The notes under the pieces: model-generated
Seen by the model: the letters and a program-made list of their open reading frames with translations, nothing else
The model's database searches: none
Told to the model about the DNA's origin: nothing
Assembly: GCA_044356295.1 (NCBI GenBank)
Contig: JBIKWN010000007.1
Coordinates: forward strand, 1-64,000
Origin: Bdellovibrionota bacterium
GTDB lineage: Bacteria; Bdellovibrionota_C; UBA2361; JBIKWN01
DNA length: 64,000 nt
Reading direction: 5' to 3'
Shown here: piece after piece, positions 30,134 through 39,890 of the stretch
How the letters are laid out: each line of letters opens with the position of its first letter
Numbering within the stretch: the first letter of the stretch is position 1
Translations under genes and position numbers: made by a program

Positions 30134-31559
30134 ACTTTTTTTCCTCCTTCTCCTTTTAGCATTTATTGCATTTGGTGCTTTCGTATATGTACGAGCAGGT
30201 AGCATTTCACTTCAGTTCTTCGAGAAAGTGTCACCTATAATCACAGCTGATGAGAAATTGGGTATAGGGATTGAAACTAAAAACTTCGTTGTCTCAGTAA
30301 GTGATGCTGGAGCAGGTCTTGATGAAACCGTTGTACGACTTGAACAAGATGGGCACTCGCATGATTTATTAAAAGAAAGATTTCCTTCAAACACCTCTGA
30401 ACATCAATTATCTCTCTCAATTAATGCTAAAGAGCTTGGATTAAAAGAAGGGAAAGCTGATTTACTAATCGGATGTTTTGACCGGAGCTTTTGGGTAAAC
30501 GCTGCTCAGAAAGTTGTTCCTGTTACTATAAAATACTCAAAACCTCGAGGTGAAATTCTTACTGGTCAACAAAACATAGCACTTGGAGGTGTTGAGCCCA
30601 TTTTTTATAAGATAAAAGATAGTGCAATTGCACAAACCGGTGTTGAAGTTGGTTCAAATTTTTTTCCTGGTTATAAAGCAAGCTTACTAGACCCTCGCTT
30701 CGAACGATTCCCTGATGTTTATTTTTCATTTTTTTCACTTCCTTTTAACTTTAATAAATCAACTGATAAAGTCCAATTAGTTATTACAGACGTGGTTGGT
30801 AATCGTGCACTACTTTCTTTCAACTATCTCGTTATTCCAAGAAAATTCAACATCGTTGACATGAAACTGTCTGACACTTTTCTCCAGAAAGTTTTCGATG
30901 AATTACTGCCACCATATTTCGAACTGAGTAAAACGAAACAAACAAAAAACTCTTTCGATGTTACTTCGATGAGTGAAAGTGAAAAAATTGAAAGTTTTAA
31001 ACTCATCAATGAGTCGTACCGAAAGCTTTTACTTGAACAGTTAAAGATCATAAATGCTCAATCAGAACCATCAAGATTTTGGCAAGGAGTTTGGCAACGA
31101 CCTATGAGAGCCGCCCCTACTTCCACTTTTGCTGAAACCAGAAACTATAAGTACAACGATTCATTTGCTAGCCAATCGCTCCATGCCGGAGTTGATCTTG
31201 CAGATGTAGCAAATGCTATCGTCAAACCTGCAGCTAAAGGAAAAGTCTTATTCGCAGATTTTTTTGGTATCTATGGGAATGCCGTCATTGTTGATCATGG
31301 ATTTGGCCTCACTACATTATACGGTCATCTATCATCAATAAGTGTCAATGTAGGCGAAGAGGTATCTGCCGACACAACACTTGGAAGAAGCGGAGCAACA
31401 GGTCTAGCAGGTGGCGATCATCTTCACTATGAAGTAAGACTAGCAAATATTCCAGTCCATCCTATCGAATGGTGGGACGGCACTTGGATTAGAGAACATA
31501 TTGAGAAGAAAATTGATTCAGTTTTTGATCAGTTATCTTCAACTGCGCTCCTGAGCTGA
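30120..31559 (+). CDS. M23 family peptidoglycan endopeptidase, membrane anchored
   Basis: HAGVDLA (HxxxD), YGHLS, GDHLHY (HxH); N-terminal TM; start moved from 30081 to ATG 30120. Confidence 0.9.
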   Translation: MRLIRLFFLLLLLAFIAFGAFVYVRAGSISLQFFEKVSPIITADEKLGIGIETKNFVVSVSDAGAGLDETVVRLEQDGHSHDLLKERFPSNTSEHQLSLSINAKELGLKEGKADLLIGCFDRSFWVNAAQKVVPVTIKYSKPRGEILTGQQNIALGGVEPIFYKIKDSAIAQTGVEVGSNFFPGYKASLLDPRFERFPDVYFSFFSLPFNFNKSTDKVQLVITDVVGNRALLSFNYLVIPRKFNIVDMKLSDTFLQKVFDELLPPYFELSKTKQTKNSFDVTSMSESEKIESFKLINESYRKLLLEQLKIINAQSEPSRFWQGVWQRPMRAAPTSTFAETRNYKYNDSFASQSLHAGVDLADVANAIVKPAAKGKVLFADFFGIYGNAVIVDHGFGLTTLYGHLSSISVNVGEEVSADTTLGRSGATGLAGGDHLHYEVRLANIPVHPIEWWDGTWIREHIEKKIDSVFDQLSSTALLS

Positions 31560-31649
31560 GCTTCGACAGGCTCAGCTCAAGAGCCTTCAACAACCTAACC
31601 AGAAATGAGTTTCAATTTTAAATCGCTCTTGAGTTGAGCGAAGTCGAAA
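31547..31649. repeat. REP-like inverted repeat element between convergent genes
   Basis: gctcctgagctgagc-ttcgacag-gctcagctcaagagc hairpin, plus an inverted second copy gctcttgagttgagcgaagtcgaa at 31625-31648. Confidence 0.7.
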
Positions 31650-32156
31650 CTATGCTCGCTTTAGGACGTTTCCAGCACGGCTTCCTGCCGGAGTTGTGCT
31701 TTCTTGAATGCTACCGCTGCGTGTGTAGTTTTTTGTAACATGCTGAGTAGCTGAATAGAGTATGGATAAAAGACCATCAACCATCGACATTCCAAATTTT
31801 GCGATACTACCAAGTTCACGAGTATCTTTTTGAGAAGTAGTAACACTTCTTTTTAATTTTTCAGCTATAATTGCAAAACGTTTCTTTTCTTCTCCCTGTA
31901 AACAATCAGCGATCAAAATTGTCAGCTTTGTCTTATTATCACCGAATATTTGCTGAATAAGGCTAAGACGTTCTGCCTGAAGTCGATTCATTTCATCAAC
32001 AAACTGTTCTCGCCGAGAAGCAGCATCTGTTACTTTAACGGCATCAAACGGAGCAATTACTTTTTTCTCTAGTTCCGTTAGAGCATTATACCCTTCATAG
32101 ATTCGAATCTCTGCGAGTAATACTTTTTCTAATTGAGGAAGAAGAGCTCTATTCAT
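31650..32156 (-). CDS. flgN: Flagellar export chaperone FlgN-like
   Basis: Helical 168-aa protein after flgM with C-terminal Y.RSG motif; conserved position. Confidence 0.7.
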   Translation of the reverse strand: MNRALLPQLEKVLLAEIRIYEGYNALTELEKKVIAPFDAVKVTDAASRREQFVDEMNRLQAERLSLIQQIFGDNKTKLTILIADCLQGEEKKRFAIIAEKLKRSVTTSQKDTRELGSIAKFGMSMVDGLLSILYSATQHVTKNYTRSGSIQESTTPAGSRAGNVLKRA

Positions 32157-32182
32157 AATTAAATATTATAAAATGAACAGAA

Positions 32183-32530
32183 TTAATTTTCTGCTTGTAA
32201 TAATCCTCCGGAGGATAGGATTTCAGTTGAGATTTCATCAGCAAGTGCTTTGGCAATATCTTCCGATGATGGTCGATACGTTCCAGCAGCAAGTTGTTCT
32301 TTAATTTTATCAATCTTAGATTGACGTTCTGATAAAATTTGAAGTGGGCTAAATTCACCATTTAATGCAGTGGCAAGCTTTGAAACCTCGATTTTATCGT
32401 TTGAGTCTCCTTCGTTTTTGCCTGCTTTTTTGTCTTGAACAAGCTTGTTTTTAAGCTGTTCAATCTGTGTTTGACGGTCAAGTTGAACAATTTCCGCCTG
32501 TGATTCCAATGACTTAGGGTTTACTTTCAT
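32183..32530 (-). CDS. flgM: Anti-sigma-28 factor
   Basis: DKIEVS...RQSKIDKIKEQLAAGTYRPSSEDIA. Confidence 0.88.
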   Translation of the reverse strand: MKVNPKSLESQAEIVQLDRQTQIEQLKNKLVQDKKAGKNEGDSNDKIEVSKLATALNGEFSPLQILSERQSKIDKIKEQLAAGTYRPSSEDIAKALADEISTEILSSGGLLQAEN

Positions 32531-32638
32531 GGATTTCCTTTCCTTTTAAATGCTCGGGGGCCTTAACCTTGGCTCCCGAAAGTCACCTATACGCCTTATA
32601 TAAGATGCACAGATGCTTATTTCCGACTGTAATAATTT

Positions 32639-32977
32639 TTACTCGATTTTAAGCTCTTTTTTCTTAGCATTTTTCTCAAAATCCTTCATGAGGACATCTT
32701 TGACACCAATGCTCTGTTTCTCTGCAATCTCTTTCGCGAGTGCTTCTGTGTACATATCTCTGTATTGCGCTTCCTCATTCGAACCACCAAGGAGCGAATC
32801 TTTAGGAACTGTTTTCCACATCTCATTTAACATTTGGTGAAGCATAAGCGATTCAAAATCAGTCGCTGCTTTCTCTGCTTTTGCTTTTTCAGGATTTTTT
32901 GAAATCTTCTCAGCAGACTTTACTAGAGAGTCTGCACGAAGCCCTGAAATATCATTTAACGATTTAATGCCATCCAT
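32639..32977 (-). CDS. flgJ: Short FlgJ-like rod-binding protein (no muramidase domain)
   Basis: AATDFESLMLHQMLNEM.KTVP...QYRDM....A..IA. Confidence 0.85.
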   Translation of the reverse strand: MDGIKSLNDISGLRADSLVKSAEKISKNPEKAKAEKAATDFESLMLHQMLNEMWKTVPKDSLLGGSNEEAQYRDMYTEALAKEIAEKQSIGVKDVLMKDFEKNAKKKELKIE

Positions 32978-33001
32978 GGCGTTTATCCTTTTACAATTTG
33001 A

Positions 33002-34120
33002 TTACATTATTACTAACTCAGCCTGAAGCGCTCCAGCTCTTTTGAGTGCAGCAAAGATTGAGATTAAATCCCGCGGTGTTGCACCCAACGAATTAAGTCC
33101 TTTTACAAGATCACCAAGTGTTACTTGACCACCAACAACTTGCAGACTTTTTACTTCTTCACCAATATTAACATCAGAATTTTGTACAACAGCGGTTTCA
33201 CCTTGAGAAAGAGCACCAGGTTGCGACACCTGTGTATCTGAACGGATTGCAATACTTAAATTTCCATGAGCAAGCGCAACTCTACTAACTCGGACGGCTT
33301 CTCCCATTATAATTGTTCCCGTTCGTTCATTAACTATAATTTTAGCGCCGACATCTGTTGGCACCTCTATGTTTTCTAGTCGCGAAACGAGTCCAATTGG
33401 ATCTTTCATAAGTTCAGTTGAAAGAGGAACCTCAACAGCAGCACCATCAATAGCAACTGCAAGAGGACGACCCATAAAATTATTTATCTGACCAACCATG
33501 TTATTTACTGTAGTAAAATCAGGCTCTCTAAGAACTACACGTATTCTTTTAGCTTGAAAAAGATCAAAAGGAATAGATTTTTCTACATTTGCTCCACCTG
33601 TTATCACACCAACTGTTGGATGATTTTTTTGTGCGCTATCTCCTCCTCCGCCATCAACGGCAAATCCACCAACGCTTACTGGACCTTGCGCTACTGCGTA
33701 GGTTGAACCATCTGCAGCCTTTAAAGGAGACATTAATAATGTCCCACCTTGAATACTTTTTGCATCACCGAGTGAACTAAGTGTGACATCAATTTTACTT
33801 CCTGGACGAGCAAATGCCGGTAGCGTTGCGGTTAATAATACCGATGCGATATTTTTAACCTTAACATCTTTTGGATCCACTCTAATGCCAAGTCGCTCAA
33901 GCATGTTAGAGATTGATTTATTAGTAAAATCAATTTTTCCATCTCCTGTACCGTTAAGTCCTATAACGATTCCGTATCCAAAAAGTTGGTTACCTCGAAC
34001 GCCTTCAATATCGGCGATATCTTTAAGGCGTGCAGCTTCTACATTTGTTGATAAGAAAACTGTTAACAAAAGTAAAAGGGTAAGTGTATTTTTTTTCATA
34101 ACTGTATACATAGTTAGCAC
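33002..34120 (-). CDS. flgI: Flagellar P-ring protein
   Basis: RLKDIA.IEGVRGNQL.GYG.V.GLNGTGD; VNERTGTI; GALQAEL (start probably ATG 34111). Confidence 0.96.
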   Translation of the reverse strand: MLTMYTVMKKNTLTLLLLLTVFLSTNVEAARLKDIADIEGVRGNQLFGYGIVIGLNGTGDGKIDFTNKSISNMLERLGIRVDPKDVKVKNIASVLLTATLPAFARPGSKIDVTLSSLGDAKSIQGGTLLMSPLKAADGSTYAVAQGPVSVGGFAVDGGGGDSAQKNHPTVGVITGGANVEKSIPFDLFQAKRIRVVLREPDFTTVNNMVGQINNFMGRPLAVAIDGAAVEVPLSTELMKDPIGLVSRLENIEVPTDVGAKIIVNERTGTIIMGEAVRVSRVALAHGNLSIAIRSDTQVSQPGALSQGETAVVQNSDVNIGEEVKSLQVVGGQVTLGDLVKGLNSLGATPRDLISIFAALKRAGALQAELVIM

Positions 34121-34123
34121 TCC

Positions 34124-35080
34124 TTAAAATGGCCAAAGGGTTCGAATAAGGCGTGCACCCCACGGTGGTGTTTGTCCTTCATCGAGTGTTCCTTTCCCGA
34201 AGTAGTCAATTCTCATATTTGCAACTTTCGAAGAATCTACTTCGTTGGCGCTGTTTATATCTCGTACTCTTACTAAACCAGAAAGCATCATGACCTGCTC
34301 TTCATCATTTACAGCTACAATTTTCTTACCTTCAATTCTTAGAATTCCAGTAGGAAGAACTTCAGCAACCATTACAGATAAACGACCTCTCAATTGGTTC
34401 AATCTGTTTGTTATTCCTTGCCCTTTAAATTCATTACTACTTTTGGCAGTAATAAGAGCAGGATCTGCGATGTTACCTTCTTCTGGGCTTGTAACTTCAG
34501 AATTGAAAATTCCAGCAATTCCAAAAAGATTTTTCAAGGACGCTGAAAGTGTATTTTCAGATTTTGTATTGGTAAGTGCTTGCCGGATACCTTGGTCATT
34601 TTCAGTTACAGCAATCGTTATCAGGTCCCCTGCTTGCCATGCTCTGTCATCTCGTAATATATCATTCGTACCACGAGTTTCCCTCCAGAGTGATGCCTGT
34701 ACTCCTGGATCGCCGAGGTCTAGTGGGCCTTGGTAATCTCGGGTCAAAGTCGTATTACCACGATAGATTGTAACTCCTTTAGCACCATCAATGGTTACAT
34801 CAGAAGCAGCATTTGGATCGTTGGTTACAACATCATTAACAAAATGATATTGTGCTTTTGCATCTGCTCCAACAGCAGAAGCTGCAACAGTTGACACTTT
34901 TGGGGGATACCCATAGGAATTGACCTGAGGAGGCACTCCTTTTGCCTGCTCAGTTTTAAAACTATTGGCATAGTCTTCTGATGGGATCACTGGAACGCGG
35001 GCATTATGCGTTGCACAACCAATCAGTGTACTCACACACAAAGGGGCGGTAATTTTTAAATAGCTTTTTTTATTTTTCAT
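34124..35080 (-). CDS. flgH: Flagellar L-ring protein
   Basis: Lipobox LIGC; DDRA..GDLITI.V.E; VLP.G.L.IEG.K; SG.VR..DI...N.V.S..VAN. Confidence 0.92.
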   Translation of the reverse strand: MKNKKSYLKITAPLCVSTLIGCATHNARVPVIPSEDYANSFKTEQAKGVPPQVNSYGYPPKVSTVAASAVGADAKAQYHFVNDVVTNDPNAASDVTIDGAKGVTIYRGNTTLTRDYQGPLDLGDPGVQASLWRETRGTNDILRDDRAWQAGDLITIAVTENDQGIRQALTNTKSENTLSASLKNLFGIAGIFNSEVTSPEEGNIADPALITAKSSNEFKGQGITNRLNQLRGRLSVMVAEVLPTGILRIEGKKIVAVNDEEQVMMLSGLVRVRDINSANEVDSSKVANMRIDYFGKGTLDEGQTPPWGARLIRTLWPF

Positions 35081-36033
35081 TGAACCCTCACTATGCCTAC
35101 TTCAATTATTTGACCACTGACTATCTTTTTAGATGCGTCATTACGTACTTTAATTTCTTGCCCTATACCGCCACTTTCAATAGCAACACCTGACGCTGTC
35201 GCTTCAAAGAACTGTCCTTGAAACTTCATTGTTACAGGCGACCCAGCAGCAATTGCCGTCGGAGGAGCGATTTTTTTTGCACGAAATACTTCTCCAGCTT
35301 GAATTTCGTTTTTAATTTCTTGACCAATTACATCACTGGCTCCCTGTAGGGCATCGATCGGCAACGCTTCAATATTAAATCGAGCCATTTGAAGATCTCC
35401 TTCTGTGATCATTGTTCCGCGTGAAAGTGGTTTTTTTGCTACTGGAATCTCTCGAAACTCTTGAACCATCGTTGGGACTGAAAAGTTTTTATACGGAGTT
35501 CCATCTGGCTGCTGAATGGTGATTTGGAATGCGCGTTGTCCACCAGCCATCGCACTTGAAGAACTCACTAAAAGGGTAAAAGCACCAGTTGGTACAATCA
35601 GTGGCTGCTCATAACGAATGCTTTTTACTTCAGTGGAAAGTTGATTTTGCTGAATATAGTTTTGTATGGCGTTACTAATCTCACCTTCTTGTAATGCTCT
35701 GCCAGCACGTTCAATTTTCATTACTCGAGGCAGGGTATATATCACTTCTTCAGTGTTTACTCCTTGTTCTTTGAGTTTAGAAATTATTTCTAGAGCTCCG
35801 ATTGTTGTCGTATCACCTGGAGCTGGAGCATTCATTAAACGAATTTTTTTTAACCCTATAACAGCTTCATCATCTATACTTGAAGTACTTTGAATATCGC
35901 ATAAATCAGAGAGCCTGACTTCATTCTGTGTTACCGTGATTGAAGATCTTCCAATAATTTTAATCCGTGACTCTGCGATTGCAGAATGTATCAGCAAGAA
36001 AAAACTACTCAGTAAAATGATACTACGTCTCAT
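35077..36033 (-). CDS. flgA: Flagellar P-ring formation chaperone
   Basis: SAF domain PVAKKPLSRG.MI; G.AIESGGIGQEIKVRN..S.KIV.G. Confidence 0.88.
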   Translation of the reverse strand: MRRSIILLSSFFLLIHSAIAESRIKIIGRSSITVTQNEVRLSDLCDIQSTSSIDDEAVIGLKKIRLMNAPAPGDTTTIGALEIISKLKEQGVNTEEVIYTLPRVMKIERAGRALQEGEISNAIQNYIQQNQLSTEVKSIRYEQPLIVPTGAFTLLVSSSSAMAGGQRAFQITIQQPDGTPYKNFSVPTMVQEFREIPVAKKPLSRGTMITEGDLQMARFNIEALPIDALQGASDVIGQEIKNEIQAGEVFRAKKIAPPTAIAAGSPVTMKFQGQFFEATASGVAIESGGIGQEIKVRNDASKKIVSGQIIEVGIVRVQ

Positions 36034-36045
36034 TGACTACCTACC

Positions 36046-36834
36046 TTATCGTTTTAAATTAATAGCCTGGCTTAACATTTCATCAGCACTGTTCACCCCT
36101 TTTGAAGAAGCTTCATATGCTCGTTGTGCAGTAATCATATTGACTACTTGTTCAACGACGCTGACGTTACTACTTTCAAGAAATCCCTGAGAAACTCGAC
36201 CAAATCCATTTTCGTTGAATATCCCTTGTAACGGAGTTCCAGAACTCTGTGTTTCTACATAGAGGTTCTGCCCAATTGATTTTAATCCTGCATTGTTAGG
36301 AAATCGTACTGCAGTAAACTGTCCTAGTACCTGAGGTGCTGCCTGCCCTGGGATTTTTACAGATACTTCACCGTTTTTTGCAATTATTATCTGTTGCGTT
36401 TCAGGTGGTACTGTAATGGCAGGATCAATGACAAACCCATCAGGATTCACAATTTGTCCTTGATCATTTAAACGAAAATTTCCAGAACGAGTAAATGCAA
36501 TAGATCCATCAGGCATCTGTACTTGCATAAAGCCATCCCCTTCAATCGCAACATCGAGAGGATTATTTGTTGAATTCATATCTCCTTGAGAGAATACCTT
36601 TCCAACCGAAACTGCTTTAACCCCTAATCCCACTTGAAGCCCTGTTGGATTTCTAGTAACTGCGCTTGTTGCAGCACCAGGCTCTACAACTGTTTGATAA
36701 AAGAGATCTTGGAACGATGGTATCCCCTTTTTATAAGCAGTAGTGTTTACGTTCGCAAGGTTGTTCGAAATAACATCGATGTTAGTCTCTTGTGCTTGCA
36801 TTCCTGTTGCTGATGTATAGAGTGCGCGAATCAT
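36046..36834 (-). CDS. flgG: Flagellar distal rod protein
   Basis: MIRALYTSATGMQAQ, SNNLANVNT, FQDLFYQ, LESSNV.VVE.VVNMI.AQRAYE. Confidence 0.96.
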   Translation of the reverse strand: MIRALYTSATGMQAQETNIDVISNNLANVNTTAYKKGIPSFQDLFYQTVVEPGAATSAVTRNPTGLQVGLGVKAVSVGKVFSQGDMNSTNNPLDVAIEGDGFMQVQMPDGSIAFTRSGNFRLNDQGQIVNPDGFVIDPAITVPPETQQIIIAKNGEVSVKIPGQAAPQVLGQFTAVRFPNNAGLKSIGQNLYVETQSSGTPLQGIFNENGFGRVSQGFLESSNVSVVEQVVNMITAQRAYEASSKGVNSADEMLSQAINLKR

Positions 36835-36857
36835 AAAGTTACTCCTTTAAAAATCTA

Positions 36858-37619
36858 TTAACGTGAACGTCCTATTTGTGTAATTGCTGATTGATTGAGT
36901 TGATCGATGGTCTGAGCGGTTTTTGTGTACATTTCAAAACCACGGTTAGCAGTAATCATGTCAACCATGCTTGTAATTGCTGACACATTTGCCATTTCTA
37001 AAGCTCCAGACTCAAGCTCTGCATCAACCTGCACAGGAGCTGCGGCACCAGGTGCTAACTTAAAACGATTCCCACCAGTTTGTTGAAGCGTTTGTAGGTC
37101 ACTGACTTGAACAACTTGAATTGTACCCAATAGAGTTGTACCTGAGGTTACGTCACCATTTCCTTGGATCTTAATTTGAGGACCATCGATTGAGATTGGG
37201 CCACCTCCTCCCAGCACTTGCATTCCATCATGAGTTGAAAGGCTTCCATCGACACCAATGGTAAAATCACCTGCTCTTGAATACTGGGTCCCATCAGGGG
37301 TTTGAATAGCAAAAAAGTGATCTGGTTTCTTTAGTGCAACATCCATCGGATTACCAGTAGCTTTTACTGAACCTGGAGAAAAATCAGTCACAGCTCGAAT
37401 ATTTGTTGCACCTGGAGTTCGTTGATGATCGCCCCGTGCATAGGGATCTACTTTTTCAAATGCTGCAGCAAACGTATCTTCGAATTTTTGTTGATCGGAA
37501 ACGATAATCTGCTTTTTAAAGCCAGGTGTATTCACGTTAGCGAGGTTATTGTTTGTTACCTCAAGCTTTCGCATGTTTGTTAAACCACTTGATGCTGCTG
37601 CGTATAATCCTCTATCCAT
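36858..37619 (-). CDS. flgF: Flagellar proximal rod protein
   Basis: GLYAAASSG...NNLANVNTPGFK, TGNPMDVAL, YSRAGDF, LEMANV; upstream of flgG. Confidence 0.9.
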   Translation of the reverse strand: MDRGLYAAASSGLTNMRKLEVTNNNLANVNTPGFKKQIIVSDQQKFEDTFAAAFEKVDPYARGDHQRTPGATNIRAVTDFSPGSVKATGNPMDVALKKPDHFFAIQTPDGTQYSRAGDFTIGVDGSLSTHDGMQVLGGGGPISIDGPQIKIQGNGDVTSGTTLLGTIQVVQVSDLQTLQQTGGNRFKLAPGAAAPVQVDAELESGALEMANVSAITSMVDMITANRGFEMYTKTAQTIDQLNQSAITQIGRSR

Positions 37620-37644
37620 AGAACCTTCCTTAGTTAATAATTTT

Positions 37645-38298
37645 CTATAACGTTTGAATTTGTCGTTTCATGGCACCCAAAACTCCTAATCGCGTATCGC
37701 CTTCCGATGTTGCCGCAGGTTCAGTCTTCGTTGGTTCATTTTGTACTTCATCAATTGTCTCTATCCGTTGATCATATTTTTCACGTGATATTTCAATCTG
37801 TCTGGCGAGCGCTCTCACATCTGTTGCTGTTTGTTTAACTCCTTTTGCAGCTTGTTGAGCTGCTTGATTCGCAGCAGCGCGCACAGATGTAAATGATGGA
37901 GCCTCAGGTGCGACCTCTACTGTTTCAATTCGTTGATCTCTTTTTTCTTCTCTTGGATGTTGTGTTGTTTTTCGCGCAATTCGAATATCTTGCGTCGATT
38001 CTTGAGGAGCAACCATAGACTTGATTGATTCTTGGGTCAGTGAAAGCCGTCCTTCTGCAGCTGTTAAATCACTTAATAAACGTTCTAAAGAGTGTTGCCT
38101 TCTTGAAAGCTCATCATTTAAAGCTCTCCCTGCACCATCCGCATCACGGATGAGATTTTTCAGTGATGCTTCAAGCATTATCAGCTTCGCTGAACGTGTT
38201 GAAATTGAACCACTCAGTAATATGCGGTAACAAAGAAACATAATCGCTATTACTAACAGCCCATCACTGAATAATTTTAGTATCTCTAGACTCGGCAT
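37645..38298 (-). CDS. Membrane-anchored coiled-coil protein heading the flg operon
   Basis: N-terminal TM then heptad-rich helix; GAGAGG RBS; 25 bp from flgF. Confidence 0.65.
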   Translation of the reverse strand: MPSLEILKLFSDGLLVIAIMFLCYRILLSGSISTRSAKLIMLEASLKNLIRDADGAGRALNDELSRRQHSLERLLSDLTAAEGRLSLTQESIKSMVAPQESTQDIRIARKTTQHPREEKRDQRIETVEVAPEAPSFTSVRAAANQAAQQAAKGVKQTATDVRALARQIEISREKYDQRIETIDEVQNEPTKTEPAATSEGDTRLGVLGAMKRQIQTL

Positions 38299-38460
38299 TG
38301 AGGCCTCTCTTTAATAAAAATTGCCAAAATTCAAACGCACTGATCTGACAAACTTTTGACAGAACGTACGACTCTTCAATAGGTAAGGTGTTGAAGTTTC
38401 CAGCTTTATTGAGCTTTTTCCTTGCCACACCTCTCAAATTGATTGAGCATATGAGGAAGA

Positions 38461-38478
38461 TTGCAACCATCGCGCCAA
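38461..38478 (-). promoter_or_regulatory. Sigma54 (-24/-12) promoter for the flg operon
   Basis: Minus strand TTGGCGCGATGGTTGCAA matches TGGCAC-N5-TTGCW with exact GG-N10-GC spacing, about 160 bp upstream of the first operon gene. Confidence 0.75.
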
Positions 38479-38511
38479 GTGCAATGTGGCTGCTCATCAA
38501 GAAACATTGTT

Positions 38512-39036
38512 ATGACTTATCCAGATCCTACAATTTTGTTACAACAACAAAATGCAAATCGACTTCTTGAAGTTCGCCGATCACCACGGTCTCTCTTGAG
38601 TCTGATTATTCTTTTTTTTATCCTCGTGGCATTCGCATTTGTCAGTAGCGAGCTATTTATTCGAGTTAAAATTATTGCGGATATTTTTTCGTTTCTCGAT
38701 CCACGCTATTTTGCACTGCTACCTGGTTTTTTATTCCTCGAGATTCTTCGTAAATATCATAACGACCTCTATATTTTTGGAGCTCATCGATTAACGCATC
38801 TTCGTGGACGTTTTTCACTTTCTTACCATGTTCCCGTTGTAAAATATGGTGATATTCGCGCCATTAATGTGATGCAAGATTTTTGGGGTAGGATATTCAA
38901 TTATGGTGATGTGATCATCGGAACTGCTGCTCATCAAGGCAATGAGTTAGTCATAAGTGGTGTTAAAGACCCTGAAAAACTTGCGTATCTTATCGATTCT
39001 CTTAGAGATTTTAGCATACGTGAAAATAGTAGCTGA
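38512..39036 (+). CDS. Membrane protein with bacterial PH domain (bPH_2/YdbS-like)
   Basis: Two TMs then Y.DIRAINVMQDFWGRIFNYGDVIIGTA; start moved from 38461 to ATG 38512. Confidence 0.75.
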   Translation: MTYPDPTILLQQQNANRLLEVRRSPRSLLSLIILFFILVAFAFVSSELFIRVKIIADIFSFLDPRYFALLPGFLFLEILRKYHNDLYIFGAHRLTHLRGRFSLSYHVPVVKYGDIRAINVMQDFWGRIFNYGDVIIGTAAHQGNELVISGVKDPEKLAYLIDSLRDFSIRENSS

Positions 39037-39108
39037 AATGCTTAAGTAATTTCATGACAGTGCCGTTAATTATTCTAACACCGACTGTTCTTCAATAAGG
39101 AGAGGGAT

Positions 39109-39747
39109 ATGATTAACTTAATGGTTGCCGATGACCACACTGTTTTAAGAGAAGCACTTTGCGAACTACTAAAGAATCGTGGAGGCTTTAACGTTATGGC
39201 TCAAGCAGGAGACGGACAACAACTTTTAGATGTTGTAAATAATACCGTAGCAAAGCCTGATGTAATTATTCTTGATGTGGAAATGCCAAATCTGAGCGGC
39301 ATTGAAACACTGCACAAACTACAAGAGATGGGGATACAAGTTCCTGTTCTTGTTTTATCAGCTGATGATGGTGCTAAGAATGTACGCTCTGTACTTTCTA
39401 ATGGTGCAAAAGGTTTTATGCCAAAGAATGCTCGTATTGAAGAGCTTGAATTTGCAATCGATGCAATTCTTCAAGGCAATACATACCTCAGCCCAACAAT
39501 CACATCATTCCTTATAAATGGGGACAAGAACGATCCACACGCTAACATTTCAGTTCTCACCAAACGAGAAGTTGAAATTTTAAAATATCTCGCTGATGGT
39601 AAACCAAACAGAGAGATTGGAAAGATTCTCCATATCAGTTCTCGTACTGTAGATACTCATAGAAGCAATATCTTGAAGAAGCTTAAACTCAAGACAAATG
39701 CTGAGTTGGTGAAAGTTGCAATTACTGCTGGACTTATAGACGTTTAA
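39109..39747 (+). CDS. NarL/LuxR family response regulator
   Basis: VADDH, LDVEMP, LTKREVEIL...G..NREIG..L.IS.RTVDTHR.NI..KL; GGAG RBS. Confidence 0.93.
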   Translation: MINLMVADDHTVLREALCELLKNRGGFNVMAQAGDGQQLLDVVNNTVAKPDVIILDVEMPNLSGIETLHKLQEMGIQVPVLVLSADDGAKNVRSVLSNGAKGFMPKNARIEELEFAIDAILQGNTYLSPTITSFLINGDKNDPHANISVLTKREVEILKYLADGKPNREIGKILHISSRTVDTHRSNILKKLKLKTNAELVKVAITAGLIDV

Positions 39748-39767
39748 GAAAATGCAATGAATTGTAC

Positions 39768-39797
39768 AAAAGAGGGCTTTTATAGCCCTCTTTTTTT
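39768..39797. terminator. Intrinsic (bidirectional-type) terminator
   Basis: aaaagagggct-tttat-agccctctttt followed by a T tract. Confidence 0.85.
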
Positions 39798-39890
39798 ATA
39801 TTCTTTATACGAAGGAAGATCTGGAAAGCCCCCCCTATAACCTGGTAGTATTACCACCGATGACAATATTCATCCAAAAAAGGGCTTACC

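Noticed and set aside
38299..38450. c-di-GMP riboswitch in the flg leader
   Set aside because: The GGCAAAC...GAAA...GACGCAAAG core is not present
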